Below are positions 1-13,444 of a stretch of DNA of 64,000 nt, in pieces. Within the stretch, counting starts at the first letter, position 1; each line of letters begins with the position of its first letter. The notes under the pieces are model-generated. The model did not search any database and had not been told where the DNA came from. It was given only the letters and a program-made list of their open reading frames with translations. A program made the position numbers and the translations under genes. The DNA is from Squalus acanthias (Eukaryota), in the NCBI GenBank assembly GCA_030390025.1, contig CM059425.1:173726001-173790000 (forward strand). Direction: 5' to 3'.

Positions 1-189
1 ACCATTGCCCATGGGGCTAACTGGACTGGCAGTAACACACAGGTGACTGTTGTATAGAGGTGAAGTATCTGAAATACAATCATATTTTAATGAAAAAGCA
101 ATCATGTAAAAAAAGTTATTGAATCCAGTTAATATTTACAGTAACTTTAGTTTAATTTTAGCATCATAACTTGAATATTTTCAAAAGAA

Positions 190-1055
190 TCTTATTGACC
201 CGCCTGTGACCGAGCCATTGTACCTGTATTTGTGTGAATGAAATGAGATGAAAGTATCATAACTGTTGTCAGCATTTCACTTGCACCCTTCTCCATTGTC
301 ACTTCTTTGAGTGATTTAATCATATGATCGCAGCTTGCATCGGAAACAGGCATTGCTTTCAAACACTGACCTATAGAATCATAGAAATTTACGGCACAGA
401 AGGAGGCCATTTGTCCCATTCTTTCTCTGATTTGTTGTCGGCATACTACATTGATGGTTATCCACAAGGCATTTTCCCAAACCATGGATTACTTTCAAAG
501 CCCATGGACTAATATGCTGATTAACAGCACCCTGGTGGCTTCATGTGCCAATTCCAACAGTTTGTCTGCCATCCTTCACGGCCCTGTCATCAACTGGGAA
601 TCCAGACCACTGAAGTATTTGATGATCTCTGATTTGATTTGATCAAGTGCTTTTATTCATTGAATGCAGCAAGCTTTTCAGCACATATGGGAAAACTGCC
701 ACTTGTATCGATCTTGGACAGTAGTGACCATGAACAGGAATCTTCTGTAGGCACCGTCACACATTTTATGATGTCTTTTTCTTGTGGCTAAGGTTTTGAA
801 GTTCTATTCAGTGAGAAGATATTGACTGTGATATTCCAATGTTTTAAGTATCTCTGTTGCAAGGCAGCAGCTAGAATTGTAAATGAGGGAACTTTGTATT
901 TCTTTCTAACCACTTTTCTATCAAGCTTCTTCAACCATAAACGTATTCAGTCATTTGTTTGTGAAGTAGGTCACTGGAAACTTCTTTGGCCAAGTTTTTG
1001 AAGCAGCAAGAATTCTTGTGTTCTCCAATGACAAACGGTGTTTTATGAGATATAC
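190..1055 (-). mobile_element. Degenerate Tigger/pogo DDE transposase remnant, with a ~45-bp CR1 3' tail inserted at ~373-418
   Basis: Frameshifted minus-strand peptides VIGEHKNSCCFKN, FPVTY, WLKKLDRKV, RTSKP*PQEKDIIK and YRRFL follow the order of the pogo/TIGD DDE motifs. Confidence 0.65.
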
Positions 1056-3629
1056 TGCCTGCTCCCTTGATCTCCTTCCTGCTCAACTACTCTTGGTCAT
1101 CATGCTTGACTTGCATTATAAATGGCTCTTTTGGTCAAGCACCATCCTTCCCCCTTTTTAAAATTGCCATCATCAAAAAGCGTGCCTTTGACCCATCCAT
1201 CTTCTGCAGATCCTTGAATGTGTCAGTGCCTTCCAGCTCCATACCCATCTATCCTGAAACTGCCTGTTCTAATACCTTTTGCCTTGCTAAGCACCGAGAC
1301 CACCTTGGCCAAAGTCACGTGACCTATGTGACTGACTAAGGTGCATTTGTCCTCCCTGACCCCTCTAGCATTCAATGTGCATGACTACACCATACTCCAT
1401 CACCTCTCTATTGTCCGGCTTCATGGGACTGCCCTCATATGGTTCCATTCCTACCTCTTGAAAAGCATCCAGCGCATATGCAGCAATAACTTCTCTTCCT
1501 GTCTTCATACCATCACTTATGTAGTTTCCAAGGATTTATCCTTGACTTCCTTCTCTTTATCTACATGCTGACACTCCAAGTTTAGCAATTCGTCGCCAGA
1601 TCTGACTGGACCACATTGAGCACTGTCGGGCCATGCTCGCCTCTTCCAAAACTGCTCACTACTCCAGGATCATCCTGGAATGCAGATACGCCCGGTTTAT
1701 TTTCTTCACTACCAACAGTCTCCTTATACCTCTCTCCTCTGCCCCCCCCCCCACCCCCATCTTCACCTCCAAAAAGTGTGAGGAGTTCATGGACTTCTTT
1801 ATCAATAAGATTGAGGCTATTCGTTCAGCTGCCTCTGCCGCATCGCTCCCTTCTCTCTTGCCCACCAAGCCGAGTTTCCCCCTGAACACGAATCTTTCTG
1901 TAGTTTCTCTCCAATCTCCTGATTTGCCCTCTCCGAGCTCACCTTGTCCATGGGACTAACCACCTGCTCTCTTGACTATTCCCACTAAACTTTTGACCAC
2001 CCAATGTCCCTTCCTAGCCCCCATGCTAGCTGATATTGTAATGATTCTCTCTCCTCGGGTACTATGCCCCTCCCTTGCAAATCTGCCATCATCACCCCTT
2101 CTTGAAAAAAACCATCTTTGACCCCCCTCTATCCTTTGTAAACTACCATCCCATCGCCAGCGCCCTTTCCTCTCCAAAGTCCTTGAACGTGTTGTCGCTT
2201 CTCAGATCCGTGCCCATCTTTCCCGCAATTTCATGTTTGAACCTCTCCAATCAGGTTTCCGTCCTTGCCACTGCACTGAAATAACCCTATTCAAAGTCAA
2301 ATATGACATACTCTATAACTGTGACCATGGTGCACTATTCCTCCTCATCCTCATCAACCTGTCTGCAGTCTTTAACATTGTTGACCACATCATCCTCCTC
2401 CAACCTGACCTTTGTTGTCCAGGTAAGTGGAACTGCTAACACCTGGCTCCAATATTATCCAGTCGTAGCCAGAGCATCTGCAATGGCTTCTCTTCTTGCC
2501 AATGCATCGTTACCTCTAGAGTCCCCTGTTTCTCATTTACATGCTGTCCCTCGGCGACATCATCCGAAGACATGACGTCAGGCTCCATATGTACGCTGAC
2601 TCCTCCTAGCTCTACCTCACCACCAATGTTCCTGTTAAGCTGCGCTACCATGCAGCTGTCTGAAGGTCCTGTGCAGTCCACTTGCCAGCATAGGAATAAC
2701 CCTGCATGCGTGGTTCTTTGAATGGGCTGCGCACCCAAAAAAAAATTAAAGGGAACACTGCTCACCACCACCTTTCACTGCCTCTGTGTTGTCACACTGC
2801 TTGTCCAACATCCAGATTAGCTGCAATTTCCTCTAATTAAACATTGGGGACACCAAAGCCATCGTCTTCTTGCCCCCACCATAAAACTCTGTTCCCTTAC
2901 CAATGATGCCATTCCCCTCCCTGGCCACTATCTCCGGCTGAGCCAGACTGTTCACAACCTCAACATCCCATTTGACCCTGAGTCGAGCTTCCAACCCCAT
3001 ATTCTCTCCATCATAAAGACCACCTACATAACATCACCCATCTCTGCTCCTGCATCAGCTTATCTGCTTCTGAAACCCTCATCAGTGCTTTTGTTACCTT
3101 CAGAATCGACTATTCCAATGCTCTCCTGGCTGGCAACCCATCTTCCAGTCTCCTTAAACTTGAGCTCATCTAAAACTCTGCTGCCGGTATTCTAACCCAC
3201 ACTTAAGTCCTGTTCGTCCGTCCACCCCTGTGCTTGCTGACCTACCTTGGCTCCCGGTCCACCAACGCCCTGATTTTAAAATTCTTACCTTGGTGTTCAA
3301 ATCCATCCATTGCCTCACAGCTCCCTATTTGTATAACCTACTCCAACCCTCCAAGAACTCTACTTTCCTCCAACTCTGGCTTCTTGTGCATCCCCACTCC
3401 CTTTGCCCCACAATTGGCAGCTGTGCCTTCAGCCGTCTAGGTCCTAAGCTCAGGAGTTTTCTCCCTAAACCTCTTTGCTTCTCCACCTCTCTCTCCTCTT
3501 TTAAGACGCTCCTTAAAACCTACCTCTAACCAAAGGTTTAGTCACCCATCCTAATATTTCTTTCATTGCCTCTGTCAATTTTTGCCATATTACGCTACGT
3601 TAAAGGCGCTATTTAAATGCACGTTGTTA
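1056..3629 (+). mobile_element. L2-clade LINE fragments (older piece ~1056-1570, longer piece ~1575-3629)
   Basis: ORFs contain CEEFMDFF, FEPLQSGFRPCHCTE and LPWLPVHQRPDFKIL; L2 3' end gcgctatttaaatgcacgttgtt. Confidence 0.85.
2624..2760. mobile_element. hAT-type MITE
   Basis: TIR caatgttcc...gggaacactg; perfect 8-bp TSD ctcaccac at 2616-2623 and 2761-2768. Confidence 0.9.
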
Positions 3630-4465
3630 AATACATCAATACTATCTGCTTCAACCATTCCAAGTGCCAGCGAGCTCCACAATCTCCATGTAAAGAAATT
3701 CTTCCTAAATTCTTTATTTGATCTATTGGTGACTATCTTATATTGAAGCCCCTTTGTTTTAGACTCAATTGAAAACAGTTTCTCCCCATCCACCCTATCA
3801 AACCGCTTCATAATTTTAAAGACCTTCATCAGGTCTCCTCTTTGTCTTCTCTTTTCCAGAGAACAGAGCCCCACCCTATTCAATGATTCCCGATAGTTGC
3901 ATCTTTTCAATTCTGGTAACGTCCTTGTAAATATTTTCTGCACTTTCTCCGGTGCTTCAATATCCTTTTTGTCATATGGATACCAGAACTGCACACAGTA
4001 CTCCAAGGTTCCATATTAATTTAAGATTACCTCCCTAATTTTGTATTCTGTCCCTCTCGAAATGAACCCCAGTTTGCGCTCTTTATATGGCCTTATCAAC
4101 TTGTGTAGTTACTTGTAACAATTTATGTATTCATATTCCCAGATTTCTTTGCTGCTCTACCCCATTTAGTTTCTTATCTTCCAAGGAATAAGTACCCTCC
4201 TTATTCCTCCTACCAGTATGAACCACCTCACACTTTGCTGTATTGAATTTTATTTGCCATTTATCTGCCCACTCTGCAAGGCTGTTTGTCTTCCTGTATT
4301 TTGGTTTTGTCCTCCGCATTATTAGTTATACCTCCTAATTTGGTATCATTTGCAAATTTTGATACCATACCTCCCAATTTCTGAGTCCAAATCATTTATG
4401 TATATGGTGAACAATAATGGTCCCAGCACGGATCCCTGCAGGCTACCACTTCCCATTTTCTGCCA
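3630..4465 (-). mobile_element. CR1 LINE fragment (RT C-terminal region)
   Basis: EYCVQFWYPY...KIFTRTLPELK and WADKWQIKFNTAKCEVVH peptides. Confidence 0.9.
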
Positions 4466-5771
4466 GTCTAAGAAGCTTCCCTTATGGCCACTTGCTCAGG
4501 CTGAACCAACCTGTGCAAAACCTGTTGGTTGAGACAAGAACAGACAGATTACCATTGCATAAAGGTAACCATAAGATCAAGTTCCACTATATTTTGTTAA
4601 TCTTTATTGGAAGATCTTCGGTAGCAAAGGAAAACTGTTTCAGTATGCTGATGCGTAGGTTAGCCAAGGCATTAAAGTGGCTCTCGCCTTCCCTGACCAA
4701 GGATGATGATGTACAATATGTTGTAGCTGTACCCAGAACCCGTGTGAGATTCCAAAATATTGAGTGATAGATCTTAACTTTACATTTGAGGGGTAATATT
4801 TTTGACTTGGTAGGGAGCTTTGTCCACCCAGATATATCAACAAATCATGTGCAGCATATGTCTGAATTTCTATGGTGCACTCCTGATGCACAAAGCTCAG
4901 AGCAAAAGGACATAAAATTACCCCAGTGAACTCTTATTGTGAAATAGCTGAAGTCATTGATATGTCATCAACCATATGTCCCAGCCTAGAAAACCAGCAG
5001 AAGCTAACCAACATCTTCAAGAAAGCTGACATCCCCACCCCAAAAAAAAACTTGCAATATAGCCTTTATGACCATGACCACTGGTTTACATTGATTGCTT
5101 AAATTAGATTGTTTTTATGAAATTGATATTAAATCTGGGACGTTAGAGCAATATTGTGGAACTTCATTCTGTAATTTTTTTGTGAAAACCAATATCTAGT
5201 GGCCTTGAAATGATGCATGAAAATAAGTTGTTGTACTAAAAATGCAATGAAACACGAGTTGGCATAAATTAATCTCCATCACTTGTATTGCAGAGGAAAA
5301 CTAAAGTATATAAAAGTGCAGTGGTAGGTTAGAAATTTCTGAAGGAGTTGTGAGATTTCTAGAGAGATTTCTAGAGAGATCTAGGGGCCCACTTTCCTGA
5401 CACCCATGGGAATTTTTTATTTTTGACAGTGCATTTTGCAGCATTTCGAAGCCTGCTGTTATGACCTTTTGAAAGCAAATATATCCTGGGTTCCAAATAT
5501 TTTAAATAATAATTATTACAAGTGACTCTAGTCTTGTACTTTTAGAAGGTGTTGATTTGTATGTATGAAGAATCCTAAAAAGATCTGTAGCAGTATCCAT
5601 GTTACTGCCTATACAATAAGTATTTACAATATTTGAATATATGGGTAAAGATTAGCTCTTAGCATAGTTCCTAACTTCCTCCAATTATAAGAATTAATAT
5701 ACTCTGTTATTTAAAAGATTTATCAATCCTTTGAGTTTATAAAAATGAGGAAAGGTTAATACTGTGCATCA

Positions 5772-6040
5772 GTTTGGCTCAGTTGATAGCACTCACCATG
5801 TCAGAAAGTTGTGGGTTCAAACCAATGTTCCCTGTAATTTTAGGGGGCCGGGGGGCGCGCGGCCCATTCAAAATACCGCGCATGCACTGTTTTTCTATTT
5901 AAAAGCCGGCCACACAGGACACTTGGAGCGCTGTGCGGCCGTGCAGCTTAAAGGAAACATAGGTTCAAACTGCACTACAGAATTATTGCATTATCTAGGC
6001 TGCTACTTCAGTGCAGTACTGAGGGAATGCTGCTATATTG
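5772..6040 (+). mobile_element. tRNA-derived SINE (SacSINE1-like), split by a MITE
   Basis: A-box tggctcagttg, B-box ggttcaaac, then ctaggctg...cagtgcagtactgaggga body. Confidence 0.7.
5823..5962. mobile_element. hAT-type MITE (same family as 2624 and 60132, opposite orientation)
   Basis: TIR caatgttccc...ggaaacatag; 8-bp TSD gttcaaac at 5815-5822 and 5963-5970. Confidence 0.9.
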
Positions 6041-7140
6041 TTTAAAATGCTAACTTTCCAAACAGGGAATTAATTGAGAATCGGAACTACAAAACAGAAC
6101 TTTAGACTTCTGGACTGTTTATCCTTACCCTTGCACCTTATGCTGTGGGGTAGATTCCTGGCAGAGATTATTATAATTGGTTAACTGCACCATGTTTGGA
6201 AGGGAGGGAGAAGATTCAAGTCCAGTTTCGAGTGCAAGTGGGGAGATGTTTTAAATGTACAAAAATAAGTTTTAATGTAAATTGCTACACCCTGTTGTGT
6301 GATAGAAACGATAAAGCACTTTTATTATACCCTGACTGAAGGCTGACACTGACCTAGTGAATAATGCAAAATGTTGGGGATTGTTCCAGTGCTAACAGAT
6401 GGCTCCACTACAACACGTTGGGATATCTGGCCATAGTTAGTAGAAATGTGGAGAAATATGAAATGAGGAGGAAAATCCTCAACATAGAATAGCTGTAGCT
6501 ACACGAGCTCTCCGTAAGCGATTAGTGTTGCATTGATCTGGGAAGTATTTAAGATAATCATGGATATGTTGAAGGTGAATGTGGCTCAGCTGACAGTTTT
6601 TCAGAGACTTAAAGCAACCTGCACAAGATACTGAATTGCAAAGATGTCCACAACTGATACTCCATCCACAATTCACTGTGATTAATTGCACGGGGTCTTC
6701 TGCATCCTGTGCATGCGCACCGTATGGGGGCGGAGCCTAAACGCCGTCCTGCCCCCACCGGAACCCTGCATGTGCATCCGATGTTGCGGCAGCACATGCG
6801 TGGCCTCAACCACTCTTTCCTCTGCTCCCTGTGGAGAAGGTCAGAGGATTGGAGTGGGGGGAGAGGAAAGGGGATCAGGGTGGGGGGCAAAAGGTCAAGA
6901 ACACGGAGAGATCAGATCAGGAACTTGGCCGGGGGGGGGGGGGTTAGGAACTCGGGGGCAGTGGGGAAAAGATCAGGAACTAGGAGAAGTGGGGGTTAAA
7001 GTACGGAGAGAACAGTGAGGATGGGGGAAGAACGTGATCCAGGTCTAAAGGTGGGGGGGTGAGATCGAGCACATGATCCAGATGGGAAGATGGATCACTT
7101 TCTCCACCCTCTGTTAGACGTGGCTCACATTCTTCCAACC

Positions 7141-7227
7141 GGATGAATTAGTGAATCCTTTCTCGCACACTGAGTTGGTGAATGGCCTCTCCCCAGTGTG
7201 AACTCGCTGGTGTGTCAGAAGGTTGAA
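7141..7227 (-). pseudogene. Isolated C2H2 zinc-finger coding fragment (one repeat unit)
   Basis: Translates to [29 protein letters not shown], with the HTGERPF linker and the first Cys replaced by Asn. Confidence 0.85.
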
Positions 7228-9184
7228 TATACACGTGCACCCCACACGCGCGCTCCAACCCTTCATTCTGAATTAAAGAATTTTTATCACTTCCAGAAGG
7301 AAAAAAATGAAACTCCAAAGAAGTAACTAACCCACTAATTAGAGTATAAAGTCTTTTATTTTATCAGCCAAGGACAACTATAATTACAATTGCAGAACAC
7401 CAGATAACAGGATCTTCACAAAGCTTAACTACACTTCCACTTTCTGTAGGCTGCGTGACAAGACTGGATTAAATTACACAGTGCAGACTGCTCTACAGCG
7501 GGCAGGATCAAATTACGCATTCCAGACAAACTGTTGGCTGTGTCTTGCCCTCCAAGTGGACCAATTAGAAATCTGGTCCACCCACTGGTGTTGCAAATAA
7601 ACACTGCCTCCACAATTATAGAAGTGTCTGATGGATTCCAGAGTGAATTTGCACATTGATGCCCTAAAAGCATTAAAACACGTTAATGTGGAAATGATGT
7701 TCATGCTCGACTTTATATTTTTATACTGTGTCTATGTATAATATATCTTATCCCAGTGGAAATGCAAGCTTCAAATATATTACAGCCACAAAAAAAAACA
7801 CTTGAGAACACAGCTGTGTGCCTCGCACTGAATACTTCACATTAATTATTATTTAGCATGGAAGCCCCACATGCAGGTATAAACATGCAGAAGAGCAGTG
7901 CACGTGCAGAAGAGCTTTTCCAAGGCACGTTGGAAGTTTAAATCCAGTGCTAATTTTTGTCAGGAAATGCTAATTGCCACATAAAATGTGGACAGCTATG
8001 GTATGTTTTCAATAATGGTTCAATATTTTGTTCTGAATACTGACCTCCAGAATTAATAAAGTAGTTACCATAATTTCTGTTAGACCAGTTATTACTTAAA
8101 GCAGAAATATACATATTGTAGACTATTAAAATGTTTTTTAATGTAACGGTTTGTGAATTTCTGCAGTTACTGCTTGAACGTTTCTAAAGCGGATGGATGG
8201 TGTGTGCAGGCTTGAAGAATTGTCGATAATGTGTGTATATATAAGAAAACAATACCTTTTGTAATTTAGATTCCAGGAAATTGAGCATGAATTAACAAGG
8301 TTACTGAAGCAGAAATTCTTCTTCATTCCTTGAGCATGTGGTTTTCAATACTAGTACATTAACATTGTTCCCATGCTCCAGCACATGTATAAAATGACAG
8401 AATGTCGATAATGTAGCAGTGTCTGCCTTTCAGGTCACTTCATACTTTTGTACGAAAGTCTTGTTACCAGGTTATTTACTCAAGTCCAATACTGTATTTA
8501 TAGTACCCATATATGTAAGTGATGCAATCAGAAACACATCAGCCAAACCTACATAGTCAAGTCCTCCCATGAAGTGTATAGAACAGTTGTGTTGCAGTCA
8601 TAAAGTATCGATTCTCTGTTAATTTTGCAAATTAGAAAGTCAATCATATGGTAGTTGAGCATATTATCATTTTACTCTGGAAGAAGTGATGTTTTGTGTT
8701 TTACATCAAATTGTTCAGAATCAGTTCTTGTATGCTGTGAATAAATGTATTGCGTCTGGTTCCCAGTTGTCAGGTATAGTTAAATTACAGTAAGCACCTG
8801 GAATCATAACAAAACTTTGAAAGTCTTTGGAAACTACTATTGCTTTATTTGAATAATAAATCTTTTCATTTTACAAAACGTGAACAGTAACTGTTACCTT
8901 TTGGGAAGTAACAGTTTATTTTTATCTATTTTATTTATTTCAGTTTTAATTGAGGTGGCATTGACTCTTGGAACGTGGAAGGTTTTATTAAGTACAACTA
9001 AGAAAGTTTCTAGTTGATTATATTGTGATATGTGTACATATTTTCAACTTTAAAGATCTCCTAAAGAAAGAATGTGCATTTACATAGTGCCTTTCATGAC
9101 CTCCGGACATCCCAACACTTTTTACAGCAAATAAAATACTTTTGAGGTGTAGTCATTGTTGCAATGTAGGGAAATAATTTAACA

Positions 9185-11265
9185 TGTATTAGGAACAGGA
9201 GTAGGTCATTTAGCTCCTCGAGCCTGTTCTGCCATTCAATGAGATCATGGCTGATCTGTGACCTAACCCCATATAGTCGCCGTTGCCCCATATCCCTTAA
9301 TACCTTTGGTTATCCATGCCTTTGTACTTCTAGACTTGACTATTCCAACACACTCTTGACTGGCCACCCACGTTCTAACCTACGTAAACTTGAGGTCACC
9401 CAAAACTCGGCTGCCCATGTCCTAACTCGCACCAAATCCCGTTCACCCATCACCCCTGTGCTTGCTGACCTACGTTGGCTCCCAGTTAAGCAACATCTCG
9501 ATTTTAAAATTCTCATCCTCATTTTCAAATCCCTCAATGGCCTCGCCCCTTCCTATCTCTGTAATCTCCGTCAGCCCCACATCCCCCAAGATATCCGCGC
9601 TCCTCTAATTCTGGCCTCTTGAGCATATTAATTGTTCAACCATTGGTGGCCATGCTTTCAGCTGCTTAGGCCCTAAGCTCTGGAATTCCCTCCCTATATA
9701 TACCTCTCCGCCTCTTTCCACCTTTAAGGTGCTCCTTAAAACCTACCTCTTTAATCAAGCTTTTAGTTATCTGCCCTAATTTCTCCATATGTGGCTCAGT
9801 GTCAAATTTTGTTTTATAACACTCCTGTGAAGCGTCTTGGGACGTTTTACTACGTTAAATGCCCTATATAAATACAAGTTGTAACAAAAATCTAGCAATC
9901 TCAGATTTAAAATTAACAATTGACATAGCAACAACTGCTGTTTGCAGAAGAGTTCCAAACTTCTACCACCCTTTGCGTGTAGAAGTGTTTCCTAACTTCA
10001 CTCCTGAAAGGTATGGCTCTAACTTATAGACTATGTCCCCTAGTCCTAGACTCCCCAACTAGCAGAAATAGTTTCTCTCTATCTACCCCATCAGTTCCCC
10101 TTAATATCTTGAAAACTTCGATCAAATCACCCCTTAACCTTCTACATTCCAGGGAATACAACCCTAGTTTGTGTAATCTCTCCTTGTAATTTAACCCTTG
10201 AAGTCCAGGTATCATTGTGGTAAATCTACACTGCACTCCCTCTAAGGTCAGTATATCCTTCCTAAGGTGTGGTGCCCAGAACTGAACACAGTACTCCAGA
10301 TGTGATCTAACCAGGGCTGTGTGTAGCTGTAGCATAACTTCTACCCCCTTTATTCTAGTCTTCGAAGTATAAAGGGCAGCGTTCCATTAGTCTTTGATTA
10401 TTTTCTTTACCTGTCCATGACATTTTAATGATCTATGTACATGGACCCCTAAATCTCTTTGGGCCTCCACTGTTTCTAGCTTTTCACCATTTAGAAAGTA
10501 CTCTGATCTATTCTTTTTAGGCCCAAAGTGGATGACCTCACACTTGCCTATATTGAAATCTATTTGCCACAGTTTTGCCCATTCACTTAATCTATTAATA
10601 TCTCTTTGTAATTTTATGCCTCTATCTACACTGCTTACAATGCCGCCTATCTTGTGTCATCGGCAAACTTGGATATGTGGCTCTATCCCATCATCTAAGT
10701 CGTTAATAAATGCAGTGAGTAGTTGAGGCCCTAACACACATCCCTGTGGGACACCACTAATCACTACCTGCCCATTATCCCTACTTGCTGACTCCTGCCA
10801 CTCATCCAATTTCCTAACCAGGTCAATAATTTGCCTTCAATTCCATGAGCTTCAACTTAAACTCCTGCATAAGAGACTATTAGTTAATCGAATGCCTTCT
10901 GGAAGTCCATATAAATAACATCCATAGACATTCCCCTGTCCACTACTTTAGTCACCTCTTCAAAAATTCAATCAGGTTCGACCTCCCCTTTACTAATCCA
11001 TGCTGGCTCGCTCTGATCACTGGAAAATTTTCAAGGTGTTCAGTTACTCTATCCTTAATTGTAGACTAGTAATTTACAGACAAAAAATGTTAGGCTAGCT
11101 GGTCTATAATTCCCTGGTTTCCCCCTCTCACCTTTCTTAAATAGTGAAGTGACATGCAATTTTCCAATCTAAAGGAACAGTTCCTGAATTGAGAACTTTG
11201 GAAGATCATAGTTAGGGTATCTGCAAACCTACTTCCTTTAAAACCCTGGGATGGAAACCATTTTG
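9185..11265 (-). mobile_element. CR1 LINE 3' half, interrupted by an L2 fragment
   Basis: ALVRSHLEYCVQFWAPHLRKD peptide; 3' UTR resumes on both sides of the 9312-9881 insert. Confidence 0.9.
9312..9881 (+). mobile_element. L2 LINE 3' fragment nested in a CR1 3' UTR
   Basis: SRLDYSN...PITPVLADLRWLPVKQHLDFKIL; tail tatataaatacaagttgt. Confidence 0.9.
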
Positions 11266-11530
11266 TCCTATTATTTTAATATTTAAATAAGTGGCAATGT
11301 TGGTGGTTTTAAAAGAAATCAAATGTAGGACATTCTTGTGAGGCTCTCTTATCGGACTTGCCTACTTCCTGTGTATGTTACAGCAGCTTTGTTGATTTGT
11401 TTTATTGCTACAGTGGTATTTCACTATAAAGTATTATGTTGTGGTCTAGCTACTTACTGTCTTTTAACAATTATGTGATAGTTTTTTCTCAGTTAACATG
11501 GTCTCTTCCTCTTCTCTCCTCCCCGGGCAG

Positions 11531-11680
11531 CTCCATCTCAAGGTTATTGCTGTTGAGCCAGTGCTACTGGAAGAAATGTCTAAAGTATCAGTGTTGCTGG
11601 AAGAAACATGGACGCACATGCAAACACTTTTCAACCAGAGCTTGTGCCTGCTGGGATACATGAAAAGTACTCTATTGTAG
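11531..11680 (+). CDS. WDR36: Last coding exon of WD repeat-containing protein 36 (UTP21 homolog)
   Basis: Polypyrimidine tract and cag acceptor at 11528-11530, then LHLKVIAVEPVLLEEMSKVSVLLEETWTHMQTLFNQSLCLLGYMKSTLL*. This matches the vertebrate WDR36 C-terminus as I recall it (LHLK...EPVLLEE...EENWTHLQSLFNQSMCILNYLKSALL). It lies upstream of CAMK4, as in mammals. Confidence 0.93.
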   Translation, partial: LHLKVIAVEPVLLEEMSKVSVLLEETWTHMQTLFNQSLCLLGYMKSTLL

Positions 11681-12085
11681 GCTAAAACCTAGTACTGTTC
11701 AGTGATTCAGTGCACATTCTAAATAGACAGAGTAACTTAATCCACCCACACAAGTCATTGTGCCACTTTTTTTCCACTGCATTATAGACTGAGTGTGTGC
11801 ATTGTCATAGATGGAAATTGCATTTTAGAGTTAATTTCTATATTTTCAAGATTTTAAGTTTTATGTTGAGCTTAATTTCTTAAAAGGGATGTTGTACTGA
11901 TGGTGCATTTGAATATGCCTATAATAGGCTGCACATAGATGAGAAAATGGCCCAAAGCTTATCAAAATGCATATTTTTGTGGATCGTGATCTATTATTCA
12001 TGCTGGTTCTCCAATTTGTCACTGTTTACATTGTTGTGTAAATAGAAATAGTTTTATTTTGCAATTGTACCAGCTGTATGATACT

Positions 12086-12091
12086 AATAAA
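12086..12091 (+). promoter_or_regulatory. Candidate WDR36 polyadenylation signal AATAAA
   Basis: AATAAA ~400 nt after the stop in AT-rich sequence; further AATAAA motifs lie near 12207 and 12408. Confidence 0.45.
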
Positions 12092-12389
12092 CTATTTTGT
12101 AGAATATACAATTAGATATCTTCCTGTACTTCAGTATTTTGTAGCTCATCGTAATTAATAGCATGCATCTGAAGTCTTTGAATTAAAAAGAACGTACATT
12201 TTATAGAATAAACCATTTTATAGAATCAAACCATTTTATCAACTCACCATTTATTGTTTGTACCTGTTTGCATCTTTTATATAGATTAATATTAAACTTG
12301 AGATCATATTTGTCAGTATTATTGATTACATCTGCTTAGCTGTAATCAATGGAGTTATTACTCATAATTCTTTAAGTTTAAGAGGTTAA

Positions 12390-13430
12390 TTTGAAAATAA
12401 CTATACTAATAAATCACTCATTCAAGATAAAAAAGGAACTGTTCCAGATAAATTGATAGATAAAAGTTCACAAACAATGGGAAACTTTCAAGCAGAAGAT
12501 GGTTAGGGTATAAACGAGACATATGCCTACAAGTAAAGGGGATGTAGCAAAAGATGGAGTTCCTTGGATGAGTACAGAAATTAAAATGAGCAAATGAAGA
12601 GGCATGTGAGAAACCTAGGGCTAATGCAAAAGAAAATCAAGTAGACTAATGAAAATATTATGGGGAAACAAAGATTGGAACAGCTGGGAGGGATATGAAA
12701 GACTGATTTGGATCATAGTAAAGGATTTCATAGAAACATTAAAAGTAAAAGAATAGTTGAAGCATACTGCTGATTAGAAATGAAAAAAGAAATCTTATGG
12801 CAGATATTAAATGAGTACTTCTCTTGGTTTGCACAAAAGTGATAGTGAAACTGTAGGGCTACAAGAGGAAACAGTGGAGTAACTATATAGGATAGCTCCA
12901 GGTAAGGAAGTAGTACTCAAAACATTAGTTAACTCAGAGGAAAGGGCCCTGATGGCATGCATCCTAGAATGCTGAGGGAGCACAAACAGCAAATACCAGA
13001 GACTTTGACCACAATCTTTGAATATGGAAATTGTGCTACAGCACTGGAGGATTGCCAGTGTAACACCCCTGTTCAAGGGGGAAATGAGATACTAATCAAA
13101 TAACTTTAGACCAGTCAGCCTAATCTCATGATCGGTAAGCTTCTAGAAGGCATAATATAAGATAAAGTTAATGCTTAGCAAGACATGGGTTAATTAAGGG
13201 CAGGCAATGGGGATTTGTAAAAGGCAAGTCATACCTGACAAATTTAAGAGTTCTTTGAGGAAGTAACAGTGCATTGTTAAAGAAAATTCAGGGCATGTTG
13301 TGTATATAGATTTTCCAAAGGCATTTAATAGGGTACTGCATAGGCAACTTGTTGATTACATTAACATGCACAGTATTGGAGAATGTGGTTGAAAGATAAA
13401 AAACCATAGTGGTTAATGGGTATTTCCTGT
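12390..13430 (+). mobile_element. Old degenerate CR1 LINE fragment
   Basis: Decayed matches to the YRPVSL, GFVKGKSCLTNL and VYIDF.KAF regions. Confidence 0.75.
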
Positions 13431-13444
13431 CCCAGAGGAGTTTA

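Noticed and set aside
1..48. Possible exon end TIAHGANWTGSNTQ|gtgact
   Set aside because: Does not match the expected WDR36 penultimate exon (…FELAQAYLALFLK); more likely subterminal sequence of the Tigger fossil.
4600..5050. Faint resemblance to a Penelope-like RT C-terminal region (QKLTNIFKKADIP)
   Set aside because: Too degenerate to support without a profile search.
5772..5822. tRNA-like A/B boxes (also at ~23760 and ~37220)
   Set aside because: SINE heads followed by SINE bodies; no cloverleaf or terminator.
7425..7704. Short minus-strand ORFs (82 and 63 aa)
   Set aside because: No recognisable homology or partner exons.
8270..8333. Possible terminal exon FQEIEHELTRLLKQKFFFIP*
   Set aside because: No resemblance to WDR36 or any protein I recognise; likely chance.
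11464..11661. Minus-strand 65-aa ORF
   Set aside because: Antisense shadow of the WDR36 exon.
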